64,000 bases of DNA from Thermoleophilaceae bacterium. Its GTDB lineage: Bacteria; Actinomycetota; Thermoleophilia; Solirubrobacterales; Thermoleophilaceae. The DNA is taken from contig JBEVKF010000098.1 in NCBI GenBank assembly GCA_040509755.1, forward strand, positions 19,081-83,080. The letters are read 5' to 3'. The stretch's first letter is position 1. Each line of letters starts with the position of its first letter. The position numbers were made by a program, and so were the translations under genes. Below, piece by piece: positions 45,559 through 54,190 of the stretch. The notes below the pieces were generated by a model. It was given only the letters and a program-made list of their open reading frames with translations, made no database searches and was not told the origin of the DNA.

Positions 45559-46548
45559 GTGCGCATCTTCAGCGGCATTCAGCCGACCGGGCGCAAGCAC
45601 ATCGGCAACTACATCGGCGCCATCCAGGGCTATCTCGACGGCCAGGAGCGCGGCGCCCCGGCGATCTACTGCATCGTCGACCTGCACGCGACGGGCGTGG
45701 CCTACGATCCCGCCGCACTGCCCGGCTACGTGCTCGACACGGCGGCGATGCTCATGGCGGCCGGGCTCGATCCCGGCCGCTGCATCCTCTTTCGCCAGTC
45801 CGATGTGCGCGAGCACTCCGAGCTGTGCTGGCTGCTGTCGTCGGTGACGTCCTACGGTGACCTCCAGCGGATGCACCAGTTCAAGGACAAGTCGGCGCGC
45901 GAGCAGGAGCTCGTGCGCGCGAGCCTGTTCCTCTATCCCGTCCTCATGGCGGCGGACATCCTGCTCTACAAGACCGATCAGGTCCCGGTGGGGGACGACC
46001 AGCGACAGCACGTGGAGCTCGCGCGCGAAGTCGTGCGGCGCTTCAACTCGACCTACGGCGACGTGCTCGTCGAACCCGAGCACGTCATCCCCGATGTCGG
46101 GGGACGGGTGATGGACCTGCAGGAGCCGGGCGTGAAGATGTCGACCACCTACGGCACCGAGGCGGGCCTGATCTACATCGACGACGACCCCGGCGACGTG
46201 ATCCGCAAGCTCAAGCGCGCGGAGACCGACTCGGGCCGAGAGATCGTCCGCAGCGAGGACAAGCCCGGGATCACAAACCTGATCGAGATCCTCGCGGTGG
46301 CGCGGGGGATCGAGCCCGGCCAGGTCGAGCGCGACTTCGAGGGCGAGGGGTACGGGGCGTTCAAGCAGGCGGTGGGGGAGGCCGTGGTCGAGCTACTCAC
46401 GCCGGTTCGCGAGCGCTACGGCGAGCTGCGCCAGGACCCGGCCGGCCTGGAGCGCACGCTTGCCGAGGGCGCCGAGCGCGCCCGCGAGATCGCGTCGGTC
46501 ACGATGGCCGAGGTACGCCAGGTGATGGGAATCGGGCCGCCGGGCTAA
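45559..46548 (+). CDS. trpS: Tryptophan--tRNA ligase
   Basis: GTG start. FSGIQPTGRKHIGNYIGA (HIGH region), PVGDDQRQHVEL, KMSTT (KMSKS-like). Confidence 0.95.
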   Translation: MRIFSGIQPTGRKHIGNYIGAIQGYLDGQERGAPAIYCIVDLHATGVAYDPAALPGYVLDTAAMLMAAGLDPGRCILFRQSDVREHSELCWLLSSVTSYGDLQRMHQFKDKSAREQELVRASLFLYPVLMAADILLYKTDQVPVGDDQRQHVELAREVVRRFNSTYGDVLVEPEHVIPDVGGRVMDLQEPGVKMSTTYGTEAGLIYIDDDPGDVIRKLKRAETDSGREIVRSEDKPGITNLIEILAVARGIEPGQVERDFEGEGYGAFKQAVGEAVVELLTPVRERYGELRQDPAGLERTLAEGAERAREIASVTMAEVRQVMGIGPPG

Positions 46549-46580
46549 ATGCTTTTCCTTGTGGCGCCGATCACAAGGGC

Positions 46581-46685
46581 ATGAAGGTGCTACTGGAGCG
46601 CCCGCTTGTCCGCCCGCTGCTGATCGTCCTGGCGTTCGCCCTGCTCTGGACGCTGACCATGGCGGACGTGAGCATCTACCTGTAG
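46581..46685 (+). CDS. Candidate 34-aa small membrane protein (below the ORF-track size cut-off)
   Basis: Own translation: MKVLLERPLVRPLLIVLAFALLWTLTMADVSIYL*. AAGGG lies 5 nt upstream, there is one hydrophobic helix, and third-position GC is high. Confidence 0.3.
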   Translation: MKVLLERPLVRPLLIVLAFALLWTLTMADVSIYL

Positions 46686-46720
46686 ACGTCAACGTCGGAC
46701 GGCGGGTCTAATCTGCCGGC

Positions 46721-47473
46721 ATGGCGATCGCCACGCTCGACCTCGACCTCGAGGTCTTCAACGGGCCCTTCGACCTGCTCCTGACGCTGGTCCTCCGGGA
46801 GGAGATCGACCTGCTCGAGGTCGACCTCGCGGACGTCGTGCTCGCCTACATCGAGCACCTGGAGCGCTCGGGTGAGCTGGACCTGGAAGCCGCCACCGAG
46901 TTCCTCGTACTGATCGCTGCGCTGCTCGAGCTCAAGTCGCGGCTGATGCTCCCAGGCGACGAGGAGGAGGGGCTCGATCTCGACCCCGGCGAGGCGGCCG
47001 ACGAGCTGCTCGCGCGTCTGCTCGAGTACCACCGCTATCGCGGCGCCGCGGAGCACCTGCACGATCGGCTCGCCGCCGAGCACGGCCACCGCTACCGCTC
47101 GGCGCCGCTGCCGCCCGAGCTGCGCCGGATCTCGCTCGAGGCGGCCGAGCCCGCCTACGACCCGCAGCGCCTGGTGGCGGCGATCGGAGAGCTGCTGCGG
47201 ACGCCCGCGCCGCTCGACCTTCGCCATGTGCGCAGCCCGGCCGTGTCGGTCGAGCAGCGCCTGCGCCACCTGCGCGACCTGCTCGCCACCCGCGCACGCT
47301 TCTCCTTCGACGAGGCCGTCGTGGGCGCGGACCGGCTGACCGAGGCGATCACCCTGTTCGCGCTGCTCGAGCTCTACAAGGCCGGCGAGGCCGAATGGGA
47401 GCAGGAGGTGCCGTTCGGCCCGATCACGGTGGTGCCCGCGACGGCGCCGGCGGCCGGTGAGGCGACGGCATGA
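46721..47473 (+). CDS. scpA: Segregation and condensation protein A
   Basis: LDLEVFNGPFDLLLTLVLREEIDLLEVDLADV... is a kleisin ScpA N-terminus. 250 aa. Confidence 0.92.
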   Translation: MAIATLDLDLEVFNGPFDLLLTLVLREEIDLLEVDLADVVLAYIEHLERSGELDLEAATEFLVLIAALLELKSRLMLPGDEEEGLDLDPGEAADELLARLLEYHRYRGAAEHLHDRLAAEHGHRYRSAPLPPELRRISLEAAEPAYDPQRLVAAIGELLRTPAPLDLRHVRSPAVSVEQRLRHLRDLLATRARFSFDEAVVGADRLTEAITLFALLELYKAGEAEWEQEVPFGPITVVPATAPAAGEATA

Positions 47474-48051
47474 ACGATCTCGCGCGTACGGTGGAGGCGC
47501 TGCTGTTTCTCTCGTCCGAGCCGGTCTCGGCCGAGCGCCTCGCCGACGCCTCCGAGGTGTCCGAGGGCGAGATCGTCGAGGCGCTGGCGCGGCTGCGCGA
47601 GCATTACGCCGAGGGCTATCGCGGAGTGGTGCTGCGCGAGGTCGCCGGCGGGTTCACCCTTGCCACCGACCCGGTCGCCGAGCGCGCCGCGCGGCGCCTG
47701 CTCGCCAAGCCGCGCACGCCGCCGCTGACACAGGCCCAGGCCGAGTGCCTCGCGATCGTCGCCTACCTGCAGCCGGTCTCGCGCCCGGAGATCGCGCGCA
47801 TCCGCGGCGTGGCATCGGAGTCCGCCGTGGGCACGCTGCTCGAGCGGGCGCTGATCGAGGAGTCGGGCCGGTCGCGCTTCGGCGCGACGCTGTACCGCTC
47901 CACAGAGCTCTTCGAAAAGCTGTTCGGCCTCTCCGGTCTCGAAGCCCTGCCCGACCCGCTGGCGTTCGACCCCTCGCCCGAGCAGGAGGGCGAGCTGCGC
48001 GAACGCCTGCTTCGCGCCGGCGAGCAGCGCGCTCAGGCCTCACCGGGGTAG
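47470..48051 (+). CDS. scpB: Segregation and condensation protein B
   Basis: ATGA overlap with scpA. VEALLFLSSEPVS...LTQAQAECLAIVAYLQPVSRPEIARIRGV. Confidence 0.92.
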   Translation: MNDLARTVEALLFLSSEPVSAERLADASEVSEGEIVEALARLREHYAEGYRGVVLREVAGGFTLATDPVAERAARRLLAKPRTPPLTQAQAECLAIVAYLQPVSRPEIARIRGVASESAVGTLLERALIEESGRSRFGATLYRSTELFEKLFGLSGLEALPDPLAFDPSPEQEGELRERLLRAGEQRAQASPG

Positions 48052-48058
48052 CTCCCGG

Positions 48059-48700
48059 GTGCCGAGCTTCGGGCAGCTTCGCGAGACGGAGGAGCGCTGG
48101 CGGCGCTTTCCCGGGGTCGAGCGCCTGGAGCCCGCCGGCGAGCGCTTCGCCCTCACCTTCGACGACGGCCCGGATCCCGATGCCACGCCATCGGTGCTCG
48201 ACGCGCTCGACCTAGAGGGCGCCAAGGCGACCTTCTTTCTCGTGGGCGAGCGAGTCGAGGCGCACCCCGAGCTCGCGAGGGAGCTGGCCGCCCGTGGCCA
48301 TACGGTCGCGCTTCACGGCCATGTCCACGTCGAGCACGACACGCTCGCCGAGCCCGCTGCCGACCTGCAACGCGCCCGCGTCGCGGTCGAGCAGGCGACC
48401 GGGGTGCAGGCGACTCTGTTTCGCCCGCCCTACGGCCGCTTCAGCGCCGCCTCGCACGCGGCCTGCCTGGGCGCGGGGCTCTCGCCGGTCTACTGGTCGG
48501 CTTGGGGCTGCGACTGGGAGCCGGTGCCCGCCGAGCGGATCGCCGACCTGGTTGTCCGCGACCTGATGCCGGGAACGATCGTGCTCCTGCACGACTCGCC
48601 GCGCTACGCCTACCGCGACAGCGCGGAGCCGACGGTCGCCGCGCTCGCGCTCATCCTCGCGGCCGCGCGCGAGCGCGGCCTCGAACCTGCGGGCCTCTAA
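48059..48700 (+). CDS. Polysaccharide deacetylase (NodB homology domain, CE4)
   Basis: GTG start. LTFDDGPDP, ATFFLVG, HGHVH, RPPYG, LLHD are the NodB motifs. Confidence 0.85.
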   Translation: MPSFGQLRETEERWRRFPGVERLEPAGERFALTFDDGPDPDATPSVLDALDLEGAKATFFLVGERVEAHPELARELAARGHTVALHGHVHVEHDTLAEPAADLQRARVAVEQATGVQATLFRPPYGRFSAASHAACLGAGLSPVYWSAWGCDWEPVPAERIADLVVRDLMPGTIVLLHDSPRYAYRDSAEPTVAALALILAAARERGLEPAGL

Positions 48701-49626
48701 CTCGCGGCGAGCTCGAGCTTGGTCTCGCGGAACTCGTCGGCGACGTCCTGCATCGTCTGGAGCATCGCGTCGCTGGCCGGTGACGCATAGGAGCCGATCA
48801 GGCGCGCCGCCCAGACGCGGCGGACCGGCGCGTCCGTCAGCGTGCGGGCAACCACGCCGGGGTGGAGCGCCGTGAGCGCGAGCCGGGGCAGCAGGGTGAC
48901 GCCAACGCCGGCTGCGACGAGCGCTTGCGCGGCGGTCGTCTCGTCGGCCTCGAACGCGACACGCGGCTGGAAGCCGGCCTCGCGGCACACGCTCTCGGTG
49001 ATCTGGCGACATCCGCACGCCCCGGTCGACGCAATCCAGGGGTCCTCGGCGAGGTCGCTCAAGGAGAGCCGGCGGCGCCGCGCAAAGCGGTGACCGGCGG
49101 GCAGGATCGCCTCGTAGCGGTCGTCGAGCAGGTGGACGAGCTCGAGGTCAGCGGGAAGCAGGTCCGTGAGCGAGGCGTGGTCGTAGACCAGCGCCAGGTC
49201 GGCGTCACCGGCCCGCAGCCGGACGCCCGCCTCCTCGGGCTCGGCCTCGAGCATCGACAGCTCGACGCTCGGGTGGCGCTCGTGAAAAGAGGCCACCGCG
49301 CGCGGCGCCAGCGTGGCGCCCCCGCTCTGGAAGGAGATCAGCCGCAGGCGACCGCCGCGGAGGCCCGCGAGCGCGGCCAGGTCCTCCTCGGCACACTCGA
49401 TCCGGGCGAGGATCGCGTCGGCGTGGCCTACGAGCACGCGGCCCGCCTCGGTCAGGCGCACGCCGCGGGCGCCCCGGTCGACGAGCTGTGTGCCTGTCTC
49501 GCGCTCGAGCGCGGCCACGTGCTGAGAGATCGCCGACTGAGTGAAGCTCAGCGCCTGGGCCGCGGCGGAGAACGAGCCGCGCGCCGCGACCTCGCGCAGG
49601 ACTCGCATACGGCGGACGTCGAGCAT
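48697..49626 (-). CDS. LysR family transcriptional regulator
   Basis: The N-terminal wHTH MLDVRRMRVLREVAARGSFSAAAQALSFTQSAISQHVAALE is the canonical LysR signature. 309 aa. Divergent from the EamA gene. Confidence 0.93.
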   Translation of the reverse strand: MLDVRRMRVLREVAARGSFSAAAQALSFTQSAISQHVAALERETGTQLVDRGARGVRLTEAGRVLVGHADAILARIECAEEDLAALAGLRGGRLRLISFQSGGATLAPRAVASFHERHPSVELSMLEAEPEEAGVRLRAGDADLALVYDHASLTDLLPADLELVHLLDDRYEAILPAGHRFARRRRLSLSDLAEDPWIASTGACGCRQITESVCREAGFQPRVAFEADETTAAQALVAAGVGVTLLPRLALTALHPGVVARTLTDAPVRRVWAARLIGSYASPASDAMLQTMQDVADEFRETKLELAAS

Positions 49627-49699
49627 CAGTACAGCTTATCGCTTGGGGCAGAAGTCCTCAGTTGGACTGATGGGAGGAGTCTGCGATTCTAGGACCTCG

Positions 49700-50701
49700 A
49701 TGTCGCGCCGATCCTGGATCCTGCTCGGGACCCTCTCGGCCCTCTGGGGGGCCTCGTACCTGTTCATCAAGGTCGCGCTCGACGACGACGTGGCCCCGGC
49801 GGTGATCGTCTTCGTCCGGACTGCGCTGGCGGCGCTGGTCCTGCTGCCGCTGGCCGCACACACGAGGGCGTTGGCCGGATTGCGCGAGAACGCCTCGGCG
49901 ATCCTGGTCCTGGCGGTCGTGCAGATGGGCGGCCCGCTGCTCCTGATCGCCGTGGGCGAGCAGGAGATCTCCTCCTCGCTGACCGGGATCCTCGTCGCCA
50001 CGGCGCCCATCTTCACCTTCCTGCTCGCGTTCACGCTCGAGGGCGAGGAGCGCGCCTCCGGCCTCAGCCTGGTCGGTGTGGCGATCGGCATCGGAGGGGT
50101 GGCGCTGCTGCTGGGCATCGACGCCGGCGGCGGCACGGCTGCGCTCGTGGGCGGGCTACTCGTGGTGCTGGCGAGCTTCGGCTACGGGGTCGGGGCGTGG
50201 TTTGTCAAGCGGCGCGTGCGCGGGATCCAACCTGTTGCGATGGTCGGCGCGACCGCCGCCACGGCGTCTGTGCTGATGCTGCCGCTCGCCGCGCTCAACC
50301 TGCCGCCGCACGCGCCGAGCCTGGCGGCAACGGGCTCGTTGCTCACCCTTGGCGTGCTCTGCACCGGCGCGGCCTTCGTGATCTTCTATTCGCTCGTCTC
50401 GAGCGACGGTCCCTCGAAGGCCTCGCTCGTCGGCTACATCGCGCCCGGCTTCAGCATCGTCTACGGCGTGACGCTGCTCGACGAGAGCTTCACCGTGGCC
50501 ACGGCGGTCGGCCTGGTCGCGATCACCGGCGGCTCCTGGCTAGCCGCCGAGGGCCGCTTTCCCTGGCGCCCGCGGTCAGCCGCCGGCGGCAAGCTGCCCG
50601 CAGGCGGCGGCGATCTCCCGCCCGCGCGTAAGGCGGACGGTAGTCCTGACGCCGCGCCGCTCGAGGGCGGTGCGGAACGCGGCGATCGCGTCGCGGCCTG
50701 A
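49700..50701 (+). CDS. EamA/DMT-family transporter
   Basis: ATG 49700 within ORF 49541..50701. LSALWGASYLFIKVAL...; 10 TM segments in two EamA repeats. The 3' about 125 nt overlap the convergent rlmN. Confidence 0.85.
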   Translation: MSRRSWILLGTLSALWGASYLFIKVALDDDVAPAVIVFVRTALAALVLLPLAAHTRALAGLRENASAILVLAVVQMGGPLLLIAVGEQEISSSLTGILVATAPIFTFLLAFTLEGEERASGLSLVGVAIGIGGVALLLGIDAGGGTAALVGGLLVVLASFGYGVGAWFVKRRVRGIQPVAMVGATAATASVLMLPLAALNLPPHAPSLAATGSLLTLGVLCTGAAFVIFYSLVSSDGPSKASLVGYIAPGFSIVYGVTLLDESFTVATAVGLVAITGGSWLAAEGRFPWRPRSAAGGKLPAGGGDLPPARKADGSPDAAPLEGGAERGDRVAA

Positions 50702-51559
50702 CCCGGCGAAGCCCGCCTCCGTCGGGTTGTAGGGGATCAGGTTGACCTTGAAGGCGTGGCGCGGCTCGAGCAGCCGGGCCAGCGCGACGGCCTGCTCGTA
50801 GCGGTCGTTGACGCCGTCGAGCATCAGATACTCGACGAACACCTGACGGCGCCGGCGCTCGTGCCAGCGCACGCAGGCGCCGAGCACGTCGCGCAGCGGA
50901 TAGCGATCGTTGACCGGCATCAGCTCGGAGCGCAGCGCCTCGTCGGCGGCGTGCAGCGACAGGGCTAGGCGCACCGGCGGGCCCTCGCTCGCCATACGCT
51001 CGATGCCGGGCAGCCAGCCCACCGTAGAGATCGCGGTGTTGGACGTGGCGATCCCGATCTCGGGGAGCCGCTCACATGCCGCGAGCACATTGTCGAGGTT
51101 CATGAGCGGCTCGCCCATGCCCATGAAGACCGCATGGTCGACCGCCTCCTTGCGGCGGAAGTGGAGCGCCTGGTCGAGGATCTCGGACGCGGTCAGGTTG
51201 CGTCCGAACCGCATTCGGCCGGTCGCGCAGAAGCTGCAGGTGAGCGGGCAGCCGGACTGGCTCGACAGGCACAGCGAGCGCCGCCCGTCGCGGTAGCGCA
51301 TGAGCACAGCTTCCACGGGCCGCCCATCGGTGGTCTCGAGGAGCACCTTCTCGGTGCCGTCGCGCGCCAGCGCCTCCTGTGCGACCCCGAGCGAGGAGAA
51401 CGGAACCGCTTCGGCGAGCGCATCCCGCAGTTCGAGCGGCAGATTGGTCATCTCCGCGTACGAGCCCGCTCCGCCCGCCGCCCACTCCCAGATCTGCCGG
51501 TCGCGAAACGCCGGTTCGCCCCGGGCTTCGAGTGCCTCTCGCAAAAGCAAAAGATCCAC
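50576..51559 (-). CDS. rlmN: 23S rRNA/tRNA (adenine-C2)-methyltransferase RlmN (radical SAM)
   Basis: FRDRQIWEW..., the CxxxCxxC cluster SGCPLTCSFCATG, MGMGEPL, and C-terminal GREIAAACGQL. Confidence 0.93.
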   Translation of the reverse strand: MDLLLLREALEARGEPAFRDRQIWEWAAGGAGSYAEMTNLPLELRDALAEAVPFSSLGVAQEALARDGTEKVLLETTDGRPVEAVLMRYRDGRRSLCLSSQSGCPLTCSFCATGRMRFGRNLTASEILDQALHFRRKEAVDHAVFMGMGEPLMNLDNVLAACERLPEIGIATSNTAISTVGWLPGIERMASEGPPVRLALSLHAADEALRSELMPVNDRYPLRDVLGACVRWHERRRRQVFVEYLMLDGVNDRYEQAVALARLLEPRHAFKVNLIPYNPTEAGFAGSGRDAIAAFRTALERRGVRTTVRLTRGREIAAACGQLAAGG

Positions 51560-51631
51560 ATTTGGAAGTGTGCCTCAAGGTCCTGGCCAGGGTGCCGAAG
51601 GCAACCATGAGCCCCAAACGTACGTCCCGAA

Positions 51632-52546
51632 ATGTCCGCCCCCGCTCACGACACCGTCCCCGCCTCGGACGAGCGTCTACTCGACGCCGTGCTCGACGCA
51701 GCCGCCTCGCTCATCGTGGTTGTCACAGCCAAGGGCGAGCTCGTGCGCTGGAACAGGGCCTGCGAGCGCCTGACCGGCTATGTGGCGGCGGAGTTGATGA
51801 GGCCTCAGGCCATGCTCAGTCTGGTGCCCGCGGAGGAGCGCGCGCAGCTGGTCGAGGTCCGGGCGGCGCTGGCTCGCGGTGAGTCCCCGGTCAGCCTCGA
51901 CCTCCACTGGCGCATGAAGAGCGGAGAGCTTCGCCAGATCTCCTGGTCGAACACGGCGCTCACTGCAGCCGATGGGACCGTCACCCACGTAGTCGCCACG
52001 GGCATCGACGTGACGGAGGCGCGTGCGGTCGAGGGTCGCCTGCGCAGGCTCGCCGACCACGACGCCCTCACCGGGCTCCTCAATCGCCGTCGCTTCGGGG
52101 ATCTGCTCGAGCGCCACGTGGCCCTGGCACGGCGCTACGGCATCGAGGGCGCGCTGCTCGTGCTCGACGTGGACAGCCTCAAGGCGGTCAACGACACCCA
52201 CGGCCACCGGGCCGGCGATCGCGCGCTGGCCGCCGTGGCCGGCGTCCTCGAGCAGCGCCTGCGCGCCACGGACGTGGTCGCACGCACCGGCGGTGACGAG
52301 TTCGCCGTGCTGTTGCCGAAAGCCACGCCCGAGGACGCCGAGCGCGTCTGCCGGTGGCTGGAGCGGTCGATCTCCGAGAACGTGACCACTCCGGGCGGGC
52401 GACCGCTCGAGACGAGCGTCGGCTTCGCGTCCTTCTCGGAGAACGTCCGCTCGATCGATGAGGTCTTCTCGGCCGCTGATGCCTCGATGTACGAGATCAA
52501 GGCCGGGCACTCGCGCACTCCGCGGGAGCCGGCGCCGGTCGGCTGA
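51632..52546 (+). CDS. PAS-domain diguanylate cyclase (intact GGDEF and I-site)
   Basis: PAS (LIVVVTAKGELVRWNRACERLTGY...). GGDEF domain DALTGLLNRRRF...LDVDSLKAVNDTHGHRAGDRAL...RATDVVARTGGDEFAVLL. Confidence 0.9.
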   Translation: MSAPAHDTVPASDERLLDAVLDAAASLIVVVTAKGELVRWNRACERLTGYVAAELMRPQAMLSLVPAEERAQLVEVRAALARGESPVSLDLHWRMKSGELRQISWSNTALTAADGTVTHVVATGIDVTEARAVEGRLRRLADHDALTGLLNRRRFGDLLERHVALARRYGIEGALLVLDVDSLKAVNDTHGHRAGDRALAAVAGVLEQRLRATDVVARTGGDEFAVLLPKATPEDAERVCRWLERSISENVTTPGGRPLETSVGFASFSENVRSIDEVFSAADASMYEIKAGHSRTPREPAPVG

Positions 52547-52575
52547 GCGGCCCGCCGGGCCCTTACGCTGGGTCG

Positions 52576-53301
52576 GTGCGCCTCGCCAAGTTCCTTGCCC
52601 ATGCGGGAGTCGCCTCGCGGCGCGCGGCCGAGGGCCTGATTGCGCAGGGGCGCGTGAGCGTAGGCGCGGAGGTGGTGACCGATCCGGCACGCGACGTGGA
52701 CGAGTCGAGCGCCGTCAGCGTCGACGGGCGGGCGATCGAGCCCGAGCCGCGCGAGGTGCACGCGCTGAACAAGCCGGCCGGGGTGGTGTCCACCGCCCGC
52801 GACACGCACGGCCGCCCGACGGTCGTCGAACTGGTGCGCTCGCGCCGGCGGCTGTATCCGGTCGGCCGCCTCGACGCCGACACCACCGGGCTGATCCTGC
52901 TGACCAACGATGGCGAGCTGGCCGAGCGCCTCACCCATCCGCGCTACGGCGTCGACAAGGTCTACCGCGCCCGCGTGCAGCCCGGCCGCGTGTCGCCGGC
53001 GTCCCTGCGCGCGCTGCGCGAGGGGGTGAAGCTCGAGGACGGGCTCACCGCCCCCGCGCGGGTCCGCCAGCCTCAGCCCGGGGTGATCGAGGTCACGATC
53101 CGCGAGGGCCGCAAGCGCCAGGTGCGCCGGATGATCGAGGCGGTCGGACACCGCGTGATCGCGCTGGAGCGGGTGGGCTTTGGCCCGTTGGCGCTGCGCG
53201 GGCTGGAGCTCGGGAAGAGCCGCAGGCTCAAGGAGTCCGAGGTCGAGCGACTGCGCCGGGCGTCGGGCGAGCAGACCCCTCGGCGGATGCCGGGCCGGTG
53301 A
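52576..53301 (+). CDS. rluB: Pseudouridine synthase (RluB/RsuA family) with an S4 domain
   Basis: GTG start. RLAKFLAHAGVASRRAAEGLI (S4), NKPAGVVST, GRLDADTTGLILLTNDGEL. Confidence 0.9.
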   Translation: MRLAKFLAHAGVASRRAAEGLIAQGRVSVGAEVVTDPARDVDESSAVSVDGRAIEPEPREVHALNKPAGVVSTARDTHGRPTVVELVRSRRRLYPVGRLDADTTGLILLTNDGELAERLTHPRYGVDKVYRARVQPGRVSPASLRALREGVKLEDGLTAPARVRQPQPGVIEVTIREGRKRQVRRMIEAVGHRVIALERVGFGPLALRGLELGKSRRLKESEVERLRRASGEQTPRRMPGR

Positions 53302-53358
53302 GGCTGGTCCGTAAGTTCAATAGAGGGTGGACTCGAAACGCGCTCGAAATCCGCTCCA

Positions 53359-53397
53359 TTGTCGAGTTGGCGGTCCCTGGGACCACTAACTCGACAA
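53359..53397. repeat. 39-nt palindromic element, copy B (first copy at 38933-38971)
   Basis: TTGTCGAGTTggcggtccCTGGGACCaCTAAcTCGACAA has perfect 10-nt arms. It lies between the convergent rluB and a small minus-strand ORF. Confidence 0.75.
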
Positions 53398-53448
53398 CGG
53401 ACACCTAACCCGGCCACTCGGGAGCGCCGCGACGACCCGTTCCACCCC

Positions 53449-53679
53449 TTATCGCCCGCCGTTGGCCCGAGCCCAAGCAACCCGCTGCGAGCCCGACGCC
53501 GCAGCTCCCTTTAGCGCCTCCGCGCCGAGGCCGAGGCCTAGGCCCAGGCCCGCCCCGGGGGCGCGGCCGGCGACCGGCCTAGGCGCCGCCGCGACGGGCT
53601 CGCCGGCCGGCCGCATGGCCGCCGGGCACTCCCTCGCGATCCGCGCGGCCATGACGGTCCGGGCGTTGAAGCTGTCCAT
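53449..53679 (-). CDS. Hypothetical 76-aa protein with a (GL)4 repeat
   Basis: ATG 53679 with GAGAGGA 7 nt upstream: MDSFNARTVMAARIARECPAAMRPAGEP...GAGLGLGLGLGAE.... Third-position GC is mostly high. I recognise no homology. Confidence 0.3.
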   Translation of the reverse strand: MDSFNARTVMAARIARECPAAMRPAGEPVAAAPRPVAGRAPGAGLGLGLGLGAEALKGAAASGSQRVAWARANGGR

Positions 53680-53824
53680 CGAGGATTCCTCTCGGTTGCG
53701 CTGCTGGCAGCTTTCGTGCCACCGCCGCACCCACCTTGCCGGCGGGCTACTGAGGCGCGGTGGCGCTAGCTACTCGGCGACCGGAGGTCATCGCGAGTGC
53801 AGCGTACTGAAAGAATCCGCCGCC

Positions 53825-54190
53825 GTGAAGCTGCGAGCGCTCCGGGGCGCGATTACCGTCGACGAGAACGAGGGCGCGGCCATCCTGGCCGCCACCGAGG
53901 AACTCGTGCGCGAGGTCATGGACCGAAACGCGCTCGCGCCGGACGACATGGTCAGCTGCATCTTCACGCTGACCGACGACCTGAACGCCGAGTTTCCCGC
54001 GGTCGCGGCGCGAAAGCTCGGGCTGAGCTCCGTGCCGCTGCTCTGCACGCGCGAGCTCGACGTGCCCGGAGCGCTGCCGCGCGTGATCCGGATCATGCTC
54101 CACTGCTACGCCGATCCCGATACGCCGCCGCGCCACGTCTACCTACGCGAGGCGGTCGCGCTGCGGCGCGACCTGGAGGGGGCGCAATGA
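53825..54190 (+). CDS. aroH: Chorismate mutase, AroH class
   Basis: GTG 53825 within ORF 53462..54190. (M)KLRALRGAITVDENEGAAILAATEELVREVMDRN...VSCIFTLTDDLNAEFPAVAARKLGLSSVPLLC...LPRVIRIMLH matches the AroH pattern. Confidence 0.85.
   Translation: MKLRALRGAITVDENEGAAILAATEELVREVMDRNALAPDDMVSCIFTLTDDLNAEFPAVAARKLGLSSVPLLCTRELDVPGALPRVIRIMLHCYADPDTPPRHVYLREAVALRRDLEGAQ

Noticed and set aside
53331-53358. tRNA-like T-arm fragment (gcgctcgaaatccgc), possibly a tRNA remnant or att site
   Set aside because: It has no proper 5-bp T-stem, no acceptor or anticodon arms, and no adjacent integrase. The resemblance to GGTTCGAATCC is superficial.
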